A stretch of 64,000 nucleotides of DNA from positions 57,890 through 121,889 of the forward strand of contig CAUPTB010000001.1 in NCBI GenBank assembly GCA_963514625.1. The letters are read 5' to 3'. Under the pieces are notes generated by a model that was given only the letters and a program-made list of their open reading frames with translations, ran no database searches and was not told where the DNA came from. Position 1 is the stretch's first letter. Each line of letters starts with the position of its first letter. Of this stretch, positions 25,796 through 34,896 are shown one piece after another. This DNA is from an uncultured Candidatus Saccharibacteria bacterium. GTDB taxonomy: Bacteria; Patescibacteriota; Saccharimonadia; Saccharimonadales; Saccharimonadaceae. Made by a program: the position numbers and the translations under genes.

Positions 25796-28726
25796 CTAAT
25801 GAAACCTGATCTCGTGAACTTGGGCGGCGGGTGGTGCTACCGAGGCCGGCTTATCCGGCTTGGCGGGCTGGCTTGGGTGCGGCTGAGGCAAGGGGCGATT
25901 CGGTCTGACGTAGCTGGTCGGTGAGCTTGGCTGGCTAACGGGAGCTGCGGGAGTCGGCTGGCTGGTCTGACCGCCTTTATCCGCCCCACGATTATGTTTG
26001 TTGGTTTTATTCTTATTTTTCTTGGGCTGATTCTTATTGCCTTGATTCTGACCGCCCCGACCACCCTGTCCTGCCTGATTACTACCGGAACGAGCCTTAT
26101 TGCTACCACCGCCACCGTTGCTATTGCCACTACTCTTACTGCTAGTTTCGTGAGTCGGCTCAATCTTCATGCTATCAGGGTCGCCAGCTTGGGCGGTCTG
26201 ACGGATCTGCGCCATCAGGCTGCTGATATTCTTCAGCTGGTTGGCGGTTGACTGAGCGGCGGCTTGCTGCTGCTCTTTTAGTGCTTTCTTCGCCTTGTCT
26301 CGGGCGGTTCTGGACATTAGCCCCATCGGTGGAGTGACCAGCTCGGCAATCTCTACCTCCACCTCCGCTTTGGGACGGGTGTAATTAGCCCTGGAGTGCT
26401 CGATGATTTGGTCGATGTAGCCCTTCCCCGCTTCCGGTAGCTTGAGGGTAGTGCCCGAGAAAGCAGGCATCTTCTCGCCGTTGATCATCATGCCGCAGAC
26501 GAGATGGCGATTATTCATCTGTAAGATGTCCTGCGCTTCGAAATTGGGGGCGAATTGCTGGGCTAAGATTGGTGCATCCTCCGGGCTGACTCGCATTGAG
26601 ACCATAGTGCCGACATTACCAAAGACAGCGTCTCGTACGGTATCTTCCATCTGAGAAATGTATTGGTTGGCGACGGTGAGGTTGAGTCCGTACTTACGAG
26701 CCTCGGACAAGATTACGGCGAAAGAGTCGGTGGCGAAGTTCTGAAACTCGTCGACGTATAGGTAAAAAGGTCGCCGATCTTCTATACGAGGGATATCCGA
26801 GCGACTCATGGCGGCTAACTGGATCTTGGTTACCAAGAAAGAGCCCAGAATGGCGGCGTTGTCTTCACCGATCAATCCCTTGGATAAATTAACGATCAGG
26901 ATCTTACCCTCGTCCATGATCTGGCGGATATTGAAGCTAGACTTGGGCTGTCCGATGATATTGCGGATGACCGGGTTAGCAACGAAAGCACCGACCTTAT
27001 TAAGCACTGGGGCAATCGCCTCTGAGACATAGCGCTCGTTCCAGCCGGCGAATTCGACTCGCCAAAATTGGAGCACCACGGTATCTTTGACTTGAGATAG
27101 CACCCGACTGCGGAAATCCTTATCGGTTAGCATGCGGTTGATATCCAGCATGGTGGTGTCGGGGTACTCCAGTAGAGCGAGCAGGGTGTGACGCAAGATA
27201 TACTCTAGTCGTGGACCCCAGCTCTCGCCGAACATCCGCTTCATCACCCCGATGATCTCTGAGCTGATATTATTGCGTTGATTCGGGTCGTAGACCTCCA
27301 TTGGGTTAAAGCCGATCGGGTGGTCGGTGTCGGCGGGGTTAAAGTAGACTACGTCATTAACTCGTGTCGGCGGGATAAACTTGAGGTTGTCAGTGGCGAA
27401 GTCGCCGTGTGGGTCAATGATGGCGTAGCCTTGGTTGTGGTAGATATCTGATAAGGCTAGTAGCTCAAGCAGACCAGATTTACCTGTACCGGTCTGTCCG
27501 ATGATGTACATATGACGGCTTCGGTCAGCTCGCAAGATGCCGAACTGCTTCTGCATACCTCGGAAGTTAGTCAGCCCGAAAGCACTGATATCTCGGTCGT
27601 GAACCGGGTCGCCATCAAGTACCGGCAGATTAGTCGGCGGCTCGGCGGTCTTAGAATTAGCCCAGACTACGCTAGGCGTCTCGACGTTCATGTGCGGTAG
27701 ATGAAAGACGCTGGCCAGCTCCTCAATATTTAAGATAAAGCCTGTGCCATCCGGGAAAGATCGCTTGGCGCAGAGGTCAAGCGCCGCCCGATCGTAGCGA
27801 GGCTGAGTAGCCAGCTTGAAGCCATTAAGGCTGGTCGAGTTAAACTGCTTAAAGGCACTCGCCACGGCATTCATCTGGATGCGAGCCGAGTCTTGGTCAT
27901 GTCCGAGGTAAGCTAGCCTGATGCAGACCTTGTAGCCCAGCTTCTGCGATTTCTTCTCCATCTCGCTAATCCGGAGCTTGTCACGGTCGGATAGCTCGGT
28001 ATTTTTGTCGTTCCCTTCAGGCGGCTGCCAGAGCGCCTCCAGTGCCTGGAGGACGTAGTAGAAAGCGCCCGAGCGGAGTGACGAGCCAAAGCCGCTACGA
28101 TAACGAGCGACGTACTTGGCACTATCTTTCTGCCAGCTATCCGGTATGGGTCGGACGAGGATCTGCACCCAGATCTCCTCGTCGTTGCTGCCCAGCTTGG
28201 TCAAGGCGGCAGTGATACCGGCTAATGGGTCAACGTCGAACGCCTGGAAAGTTCGGATGGGTAAGAATTCGTTATCGGTCAGGACCAGCTCATCAACTGC
28301 CGTGGCTCGGTGAGCATTGATACCGTCGGCGTAATCTTCCTCAGCCGGCTGGATCTGGACGGTCGGATACTGGGCGTAGATTTGCCCTTCGACGAAGTTC
28401 TGCAGATGCTTAGGGGTGCGGACGTAGAAGCGGATCTGACCGCCCACACTGGCGATCTCAAACGAGAGGTGCTCCTGAACGCCGGTGGCCCGGTGGAGCT
28501 CCTGCTTGTCGCGGAGGATGCCGTGCAAGGAAGCGAAGAGTTGTTCGGCAGAGAGCTCTTTCTTGTCGTTATCTCGAGGGATTTCTAGAGCCAGGAGGAC
28601 GTAGTCGTAAGCATCGCCGGGGTCGTTAAGGCTATGATAGTTGCGCCAGGTCAAGATGCCGAGAATGCCGACGAGAGGCATCCATATGTACCACTGAGTA
28701 AAGAAGGTAAACAGCCACTGTATCAT
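25796..28726 (-). CDS. Type IV secretion coupling-protein-like / HerA-FtsK-type ATPase with a long low-complexity C-terminal tail
   Basis: N-terminal TM. Walker A IIGQTGTGKSG and Walker B FYLYVDEFQNF. The roughly 170-aa C-terminus is G/N/Q/K- then P-rich. ATG at 28726. Confidence 0.7.
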   Translation of the reverse strand: MIQWLFTFFTQWYIWMPLVGILGILTWRNYHSLNDPGDAYDYVLLALEIPRDNDKKELSAEQLFASLHGILRDKQELHRATGVQEHLSFEIASVGGQIRFYVRTPKHLQNFVEGQIYAQYPTVQIQPAEEDYADGINAHRATAVDELVLTDNEFLPIRTFQAFDVDPLAGITAALTKLGSNDEEIWVQILVRPIPDSWQKDSAKYVARYRSGFGSSLRSGAFYYVLQALEALWQPPEGNDKNTELSDRDKLRISEMEKKSQKLGYKVCIRLAYLGHDQDSARIQMNAVASAFKQFNSTSLNGFKLATQPRYDRAALDLCAKRSFPDGTGFILNIEELASVFHLPHMNVETPSVVWANSKTAEPPTNLPVLDGDPVHDRDISAFGLTNFRGMQKQFGILRADRSRHMYIIGQTGTGKSGLLELLALSDIYHNQGYAIIDPHGDFATDNLKFIPPTRVNDVVYFNPADTDHPIGFNPMEVYDPNQRNNISSEIIGVMKRMFGESWGPRLEYILRHTLLALLEYPDTTMLDINRMLTDKDFRSRVLSQVKDTVVLQFWRVEFAGWNERYVSEAIAPVLNKVGAFVANPVIRNIIGQPKSSFNIRQIMDEGKILIVNLSKGLIGEDNAAILGSFLVTKIQLAAMSRSDIPRIEDRRPFYLYVDEFQNFATDSFAVILSEARKYGLNLTVANQYISQMEDTVRDAVFGNVGTMVSMRVSPEDAPILAQQFAPNFEAQDILQMNNRHLVCGMMINGEKMPAFSGTTLKLPEAGKGYIDQIIEHSRANYTRPKAEVEVEIAELVTPPMGLMSRTARDKAKKALKEQQQAAAQSTANQLKNISSLMAQIRQTAQAGDPDSMKIEPTHETSSKSSGNSNGGGGSNKARSGSNQAGQGGRGGQNQGNKNQPKKNKNKTNKHNRGADKGGQTSQPTPAAPVSQPSSPTSYVRPNRPLPQPHPSQPAKPDKPASVAPPAAQVHEIRFH

Positions 28727-28783
28727 CACCAGTTATCTTACCATATTTAGCGGGCGAATGTTTTAGGCTTGTACTAGTTCGCT

Positions 28784-29532
28784 AGAGCCCTCACTCTTCG
28801 CTCTATTATCATTTCCCTCAGACCCGCCTGACTGGCTCGTGCACTGCTGAGCTTCAAGCGCACACAGTCTTCAGGAAATGACGATGTAGATGAAGGACAA
28901 AAAGACACCCTTTATGTGCGCTAATGATTATATATGCCAGAGTAGCTCACCCAAGCTTCCGATGGCTGTTGATATGTCTATAATTTCCGGTCTCATTTCT
29001 TAGTCCAGCTTCAGTCAAAAATAGACTTTCTTAGTACGAGTAGTACAGTGTGGTTGACGAAGGCTGTTGATATATCAGTAAGCTTACCAGTGCACGTGGT
29101 AGTTTATACGGTGCCAAGCCTGAGGAGACCACCTGTACTACTCGTACAAACCTGGACTATACATAGAGGGAAATTATAGAATCTACCCTGATACAGAGCA
29201 TTCATAGTGTACATAGACGGCGTAGTGAGGTGCTAATGTAGGAGCGTGGTTGACGAAGGCTGTTGATATATCAGTAAGCTATCCAGTGCACATGGTAGTT
29301 TATACGGTGCCAACCTGTCCAGCGCCCAGCTGGATGGTAAAACAAAACAATCCGCACCAGATGAAGCTTGGCTTTACATTCGTTCTACACTGAGCAGTAT
29401 ATAGTGGATATCCGGCTGGACAGGCCCAGCAGATGCGTAAGTCTATTCAGATACAATTCAGGCCCATATTACACCCTAGTTCTTCTTACGCAATGCCAGC
29501 TCTATGCATCCTGCTGGGATGCTGGGGTCTGA
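28784..29532. repeat. Composite repeat block A (inverted relative to block B at 34926-35362)
   Basis: Segment-by-segment reverse-complement matches to 34945-35362, for example 28810-28900 vs 35245-35335, 29031-29117 vs 35061-35158, and 29416-29532 vs 34945-35045. It also holds an internal duplication (29050-29117 ~ 29246-29303) and a roughly 100-nt insertion (about 29321-29415). Confidence 0.85.
29031..29148. mobile_element. MITE-like element, internally deleted copy
   Basis: TTAGTACGAGTAGTACAG at 29031-29048 and CTGTACTACTCGTAC at 29133-29147 form terminal inverted repeats. The interior matches part of the 233-bp copy at 34926-35158 in the opposite orientation. Confidence 0.65.
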
Positions 29533-29661
29533 AGGGAATGATGACGAGACGAAGAGTGAGAGGTTGACTGGGTAGTAGAACTGAGGAGGCCATACGGTTT
29601 GCTCTGAGCTGTAGGACAAGATAGTGTTAACTAACCTCAAAGGTGATACTTGTGATGTAGC

Positions 29662-31974
29662 TTACGCTGCTTTCCTTCTGCCTCGTCGTCTGGCCGGGCG
29701 GGCGGGAGCGTCGGCGAGTAGCTGCCTAGCCTGCTCTTCCGTCAGAGATTTCGGGTCGGTATCTTTCGGGATCTTGGCATTCTTAGTACCGTCAGTGACA
29801 TATGGTCCGTAGCGACCATTCAGGACTTCAATCTCGCCCCAGCTGGCGATATGCTTGGCTGCCTCGGCCTCCAGCTTGGTTTGGTATAACTCTCTAGCCT
29901 TGGTTTCGCTGATTTCAAAGGGCGACTCCGGCTTGATGCTGACGAAGAGCTTACCTACCTTGATGTATGGACCGAAGCGTCCGATATTAGCGATGATTTC
30001 TTGTCCGTCAGCCGTCGTGCCGACTTTCCGAGGTAGCTGGAACATCTTGACGGCTTGCTCTAGAGTGACAGTGGCAATGCTTGCCCCCTCGGGCATATTG
30101 GCAAAGGTCACTTTGGCGTCTTCCTGAGAGCTATCACCTTTCTGAAGCATAGCGCCGTATGCCCCCATACGAGCATAGATGGGCTGGCCGTCCTTGGGGT
30201 CGGTGCCGACCAGTCGTTGACCGGCTACACTGGAACGCTCAATCTTATCGCTATCTTTGATCTTGTCGTGGAAGGGGTCGTAGAACCGGCGGAGCATTTT
30301 GACTTTATCCAGCTGATGGTCAGCTATCTGGTCAAGTTCGTTCTCGATGCCGGCAGTGAAGTCGTAGTCAACTATGTCGTTAAAATAGTCGACCAGGAAG
30401 TCGGAGAGGATGATGCCGCTATCGGTTGGTACTAGCTTGCCCTTGGTCGAGCCAGTTTTTTCGTGGACAGTCCGCTCACTCAACTGGTCGCCCTGGAGGA
30501 CTAGCTCGTTAACCGGTCGCTCTACCCCATCGCTGTCACCCTTCTTAGCGTAGCCTCGTAGCTGAATGTTGCTCAGGATGGTGGCGTAGGTGGAGGGGCG
30601 ACCAATCTCCAGTTCTTCCAACTTTTTAACCAGCGAGCCTTCGCTGTAGCGAGCCGGTGGTCGGCTGAAGGTCTGTCGGGCAACGATTTCGTTCGCCGTT
30701 ACGGCTTGACCGGTAGCTAAGTCGGGCAAGATCTCATCCTTGCTACTACCGTAGACCTTTAAGAAGCCGTCAAAAACCAGCACCTCCCCTTTAGCGGTAA
30801 ACTTGGGCTGGTGTCGGCTAATGTCGATGGTGATCGTCGTTCGGTCAATCTTGGCGTCAGCCATCTGAGTAGCCAGAGTGCGCCGACGAATCAGATCATA
30901 AAGCTTCTGGGCTCGGCTATCACCCGGTACGGATTCTCTGGCTATATCGGTCGGGCGGATGGCCTCGTGTGCTTCCTGGGCGCCGGCAGTCTTAGTAGTA
31001 AAGGTGCGGAATTGATGGTATCTATCGCCATAGGTCTTGCTAATATAGTCGGTCATCTGGGCCAGGGCTTGGTTGCTCAAGTTGACCGAGTCCGTTCGCA
31101 TATAGGTGATGTAGCCGCTCTGGTACAGCCCCTGGGCGATGCTCATGGTCGCCTTAGCGCTGTAGCCGAGGCGATTGTTGGCATCCTGCTGTAAGGTGCT
31201 AGTGGTAAAAGGTGGCAAAGGGTGTCTGGTGCCGGTCGTCTTTGCTATGTCGGCTACGGTGTATGTGCTGCCGGGTAGACCGGCCAGGAACTGCTTAGCC
31301 TGCTCTTTGTCGGCAAAGTCAGTGTCGAGAGTCGCCTTGAAGCTCTGACTGTCGGCATTAAACACACCGGTTGTCTTATAAATAGAGGTAGTTTGATAGT
31401 GCTCGATCTCTCGTTCCCGCTCGACCAGCAAGCGAACTGCCGGTGACTGGACTCGCCCGGCTGATTTGCCCCCCGGGACCTTACGCCAGACTACCGGGCT
31501 CAGCTCAAAGCCGACCAGCCTATCTAAGATCTGGCGAGCCTGCTGAGCATAGACCAGGTTCATATCTACTGTATGGGGGTGAGCCAGTGCCTCGGTGATA
31601 GCCTCTTTGGTGATCTCGTGGTAAGTAATGCGGTTAGTTTTAGCCGGGTCAAGCCCCAGCACCTGGCAGAGGTGCCAAGCAATCGCTTCCCCCTCACGGT
31701 CTTCATCTGAGGCCAGCCAAACGGTCTCAGCTTGCTTGACGGCGTCTTTCAGCTCTTTGACCACTTTTCGCTTCTCGGGGTCAATCTCATAAATAGTGGC
31801 GAAGTCGTGCTCGGTATCAATTGGCTTGACGCCGCCATTGGCTTTCTTAGCGATGGAGCGGATATGACCGATGCTGGCCATGACGGTATAGTCGCTGCCG
31901 AGGAAGCTCTCGATCTTCTTGGCTTTGGCGGGAGACTCGACGATAATCAGGTTCTTGATCTTGGTTGTTTTCAT
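29662..31974 (-). CDS. topA: DNA topoisomerase I
   Basis: Toprim LIIVESPAKAKKIE, DEDREGE and the active-site region YITYMRTDS. The start is set at MKTTKIKN (ATG 31974). Confidence 0.95.
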   Translation of the reverse strand: MKTTKIKNLIIVESPAKAKKIESFLGSDYTVMASIGHIRSIAKKANGGVKPIDTEHDFATIYEIDPEKRKVVKELKDAVKQAETVWLASDEDREGEAIAWHLCQVLGLDPAKTNRITYHEITKEAITEALAHPHTVDMNLVYAQQARQILDRLVGFELSPVVWRKVPGGKSAGRVQSPAVRLLVEREREIEHYQTTSIYKTTGVFNADSQSFKATLDTDFADKEQAKQFLAGLPGSTYTVADIAKTTGTRHPLPPFTTSTLQQDANNRLGYSAKATMSIAQGLYQSGYITYMRTDSVNLSNQALAQMTDYISKTYGDRYHQFRTFTTKTAGAQEAHEAIRPTDIARESVPGDSRAQKLYDLIRRRTLATQMADAKIDRTTITIDISRHQPKFTAKGEVLVFDGFLKVYGSSKDEILPDLATGQAVTANEIVARQTFSRPPARYSEGSLVKKLEELEIGRPSTYATILSNIQLRGYAKKGDSDGVERPVNELVLQGDQLSERTVHEKTGSTKGKLVPTDSGIILSDFLVDYFNDIVDYDFTAGIENELDQIADHQLDKVKMLRRFYDPFHDKIKDSDKIERSSVAGQRLVGTDPKDGQPIYARMGAYGAMLQKGDSSQEDAKVTFANMPEGASIATVTLEQAVKMFQLPRKVGTTADGQEIIANIGRFGPYIKVGKLFVSIKPESPFEISETKARELYQTKLEAEAAKHIASWGEIEVLNGRYGPYVTDGTKNAKIPKDTDPKSLTEEQARQLLADAPARPARRRGRRKAA

Positions 31975-32049
31975 TTGGTCAAGTATAGCACAATCAGAAA
32001 TCACCCCGACCGAACGAATCCGGTCGGGGCTTTGAGGGCTGGGGGGTAG

Positions 32050-32409
32050 TTACTCGACAACGACGGCCATTCCATCCAAACGGATGGAAAGATTTATCGC
32101 CTGACCGGTCTCCATGACCTGCCACCCAATTAGCATCACCCCATCGGAGTTGATGCGCAGGGCCCTTTTTCGATCCACCTTGGGTGGCTCAAGGTGGACA
32201 AGTTTAGAGCGGGAGGGTCTGCGTCCGCACTCTCCGTTGCGCCAGTCGAAGCGCACATAACGGTATCGCAGACCCTCGATCAGTTGGTATCCGCTCGTTT
32301 GAGCGAATACCGCCACTAACTCGTTGTGGGTTAGCCCCTCAACGAGTCTGCCATTTACCCGGATATCCACCAAAAGATCTCCGGGCTTAAGAGGTTTGCG
32401 GGGATTCAT
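32050..32409 (-). CDS. Hypothetical protein (119 aa)
   Basis: The ATG at 32409 is preceded by AAGGAGGGG. No motif recognised. Confidence 0.55.
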   Translation of the reverse strand: MNPRKPLKPGDLLVDIRVNGRLVEGLTHNELVAVFAQTSGYQLIEGLRYRYVRFDWRNGECGRRPSRSKLVHLEPPKVDRKRALRINSDGVMLIGWQVMETGQAINLSIRLDGMAVVVE

Positions 32410-32525
32410 TATCCCCTCCTTCCCCTCGATTTGGCTAGCGCATGGCGCTAGATTACCCCACTCTGAGGTAACAATCACTACTGTAATATTGCCTTTGGCA
32501 GTCGTCAAGCTTGAGCGACTTCCGG

Positions 32526-33404
32526 CTAGCGCTTGCCCCAGGTGTTGTTGCCCAGGGCTACGATGTAGCCGTTTAGCTCTAGCATGGTTAAGGCAAGGCT
32601 AAACTGACTGGTGCTGAGACCGCTCTTGCTCAGTAGGCGGTCGCCATCGCTTTCACCCTGAACGATCAGGTCGTAGATGGTCTGACTGTCAGGCGAGTCG
32701 AAGCGAACCTGAGCGACTTCTTTGGTTTGGCGGTCGGGCTGGTCTTCTGTCTTAGCGAGTGGCAGGCGATCTAAGATGTCCTGCGCTGTGAGTACCGGGC
32801 CGGCACCTTGGGCGATCAATCTATTGCAGCCGGTCGATAGCGGCGAGGTAATGTTGCCTGGCACCGCCATCACCTCTTTACCCTGGGTCAAGGCGTGCGA
32901 GGCGGTATTGAGTGTACCGGAGCGCTCGCCCGCCTCGACCACCACTACGATATCGGCGAGAGCGCTGATCAAACGGTTGCGCTCCAAGAACTGATGAGGT
33001 AAGACCGGCGCCTCGGGCGGATACTCACTGATCAAGGCACCACCTGCCTGGACGATGCGCTGAGCTAGAGTGCGATTGGTCTGCGGGTAGATATGAGCCA
33101 GTCCATTACCCAAGACAGCTACGGTCGTGCCGCCGGCGTCGAGACAAGCTCGGTGAGCCAGCCCGTCATGACCAATGGCCAACCCGCTGACGATGACTAC
33201 TCCGTGCCGAGCTAACTCGCCGGTGATCCGGGCGTTGACTGCTCTGCCATAGCTGGTCGGTTTGCGACTACCGACGACGGCGACGGTCGGTGTGAGCGGT
33301 GGGACACTGCCGATGTACCACAGCTTCTTGGCCGGCTTGTCAATGACGGTCGTCCGCTGGAGAAAATCGTTGTCATGAGGGAGTATTTGCTTGATGTTAT
33401 CCAT
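32526..33404 (-). CDS. dprA: DNA processing protein DprA
   Basis: VVGSRKPTSYG, GLAIGHDGLAHRA, VAVLGNGL, the Rossmann-like DprA core and a C-terminal winged-helix-like tail. The start is ATG 33404 or GTG 33431. Confidence 0.9.
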   Translation of the reverse strand: MDNIKQILPHDNDFLQRTTVIDKPAKKLWYIGSVPPLTPTVAVVGSRKPTSYGRAVNARITGELARHGVVIVSGLAIGHDGLAHRACLDAGGTTVAVLGNGLAHIYPQTNRTLAQRIVQAGGALISEYPPEAPVLPHQFLERNRLISALADIVVVVEAGERSGTLNTASHALTQGKEVMAVPGNITSPLSTGCNRLIAQGAGPVLTAQDILDRLPLAKTEDQPDRQTKEVAQVRFDSPDSQTIYDLIVQGESDGDRLLSKSGLSTSQFSLALTMLELNGYIVALGNNTWGKR

Positions 33405-33420
33405 TATCCTGCTAAAGTAG

Positions 33421-33449
33421 TTGACAATCACGACAAAGCGTGCTAATAT
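33421..33449 (+). promoter_or_regulatory. Near-consensus sigma70 promoter (plus strand)
   Basis: TTGACA (33421-33426), a 17-nt spacer, then TGC-TAATAT (extended -10, 33441-33449). Confidence 0.65.
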
Positions 33450-33455
33450 ATCAGC

Positions 33456-33740
33456 GTTATCGGGTGATAGCCACTGCTAACGCCCGACTAGCACATTATA
33501 CCCCCTATCATAACACTAATTAGTGTTAGGCTACGTGCAGACTCGAAGTATTCTACCCTCCACTTTTAGCTATCGCTTCGGCGACAGCTAGTCGGCACGT
33601 ATCTAACCCTCTTGACCGGCGAGCCCCAAGTGTGAGGTGGGTTACGCTTACTGGTTGTCAGTAGCCGGAATGGTGCGTCGAGAGGTCGAATAGCCCGCTA
33701 CAGAAGCGATGCCCACCCTTGCTTCTGGGCGGGCTTTTTG
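33456..33740 (+). ncRNA. Candidate structured ncRNA of unknown class (about 285 nt)
   Basis: Bounded by the promoter at 33421-33449 and a strong terminator, with no ORF of 60 aa or more on either strand. Internal helices: AACACTA-AT-TAGTGTT, a UUCG-capped TCGC/GCGA stem, and a 9-bp long-range pairing CCGACTAGC (33484-92) / GCTAGTCGG (33587-95). Confidence 0.5.
33692..33740 (+). terminator. Strong intrinsic terminator
   Basis: AGCCCGC-UA-CAGAAGC-[13-nt loop]-GCUUCUG-G-GCGGGCU followed by UUUUU. Confidence 0.8.
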
Positions 33741-33757
33741 ATTAGTGATTTAAGAGC

Positions 33758-34831
33758 TTATTCGTCTGCCGGGCGATCTTCCAGTAGTTTCTTGCCTTTG
33801 ATCTCGTACTTTAGCCCAGTTAGGTCGCTGGTCATGTAGTCGTCATTAAGCAAGCCGACGAAGGTCTCGATGTCTCGGCTATCCATAATGATGATAGCGC
33901 CTTCGTCAGTGGTCATCAGATCCAGCCCCATCTCTTCGCCGTAGTCAACCAACTCTTCCTGAGTCTTGGTGCCGAGTTCTAGATTCTGGAGTTTGTTGAT
34001 CAGCTTAGGATGACCCGACACCATGGTATTGAGGTCTTGTCCTTCCGGGAAGTTAAGCCGGTAGCGAGACAAGATCTGCTCAACCTTCTTGTCGGCGATA
34101 GCCTGCTTCTTGTAATTGTAGCCAAACATCGCCTCAAATTTCTTCGGGGCGAAGGCGAAGATTCGTCGGTCGGCGTCATTGTCGCCATTGCCGGCGATCA
34201 GAACCTGGTTGTCGAGCGGGATCTTAAAGGCGCTAGCAGCGCTAAACTGTTGCAGCTTGCCATCCTCGCCGATCTCCCAGGCAGTTCGTTCATTGAGGCT
34301 GCCTGACCCGGCGATCTGTTTACAAACATAGAAAGGGGTAATCTCTGGGTGGGTAAAACGGGCTGTTATTAGCTTGATATTCTTGAGCTCGTGGTCGTAC
34401 TCGTTAAAAGTCTCGACGCTAGTGCGCTCATGCTCGATGACATTTAAGATATGTCCGGCATTACTTACCTGCCCGCAAGTCGAATAGAGTAAGACCCCGG
34501 GCTCACTCTCGGACTGTTCGTAAGCTCGCACTTCTAGCCCTAGCCCGGCGCCTTTCTCGATTTCGCTGAGTAGGTCAACGATGAAGACAGGGGCGACTTG
34601 GGGTTGGAGAGCATTAGCGACGGCTAGATGATAAACGGTATAGTGCTTGTTGATCAGGAAGAGCTCAACCTTCAGGTCGTTCTTAAGGCGAGCTAGTTGA
34701 TTTGCCCAGGCGAAGAGGTCAAAGCTTGACTGGGCGGCGGAGGTTGAGGTCTCAGTGGTCTCGGGTGTGTCGCCGGTTTTGTCGCTGGGTGCCGATGGGG
34801 CTTGGCTAGCTAGATCAGGGTCATTTTCCAT
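33758..34831 (-). CDS. Uncharacterised 357-aa cytoplasmic protein (possibly DUF4868/KwaB-like, unverified)
   Basis: The ATG at 34831 (MENDPDL) lies 7 nt after TATAAT. The longer ORF-track N-terminus runs into the MITE-like repeat and was discarded. C-terminal motif LLNDDYMTSDLTGLKYEIKGKK. Confidence 0.65.
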   Translation of the reverse strand: MENDPDLASQAPSAPSDKTGDTPETTETSTSAAQSSFDLFAWANQLARLKNDLKVELFLINKHYTVYHLAVANALQPQVAPVFIVDLLSEIEKGAGLGLEVRAYEQSESEPGVLLYSTCGQVSNAGHILNVIEHERTSVETFNEYDHELKNIKLITARFTHPEITPFYVCKQIAGSGSLNERTAWEIGEDGKLQQFSAASAFKIPLDNQVLIAGNGDNDADRRIFAFAPKKFEAMFGYNYKKQAIADKKVEQILSRYRLNFPEGQDLNTMVSGHPKLINKLQNLELGTKTQEELVDYGEEMGLDLMTTDEGAIIIMDSRDIETFVGLLNDDYMTSDLTGLKYEIKGKKLLEDRPADE

Positions 34832-34896
34832 GCTGGCAATTATAGCATAATGACTCCCAGGTATGTCTGGTAGACACAAGAGCAATGGAGCATGGC

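Noticed and set aside
33640-33690. SRP RNA helix-8-like motif (GUCAGUAGCCGGAAUGGUGCGUCG) within the ncRNA candidate
   Set aside because: The GGAA loop is not closed by the conserved pairs, the symmetric and asymmetric loop nucleotides do not line up, and the molecule ends in a terminator rather than a 5'/3' closing helix. Not assignable to SRP by eye.
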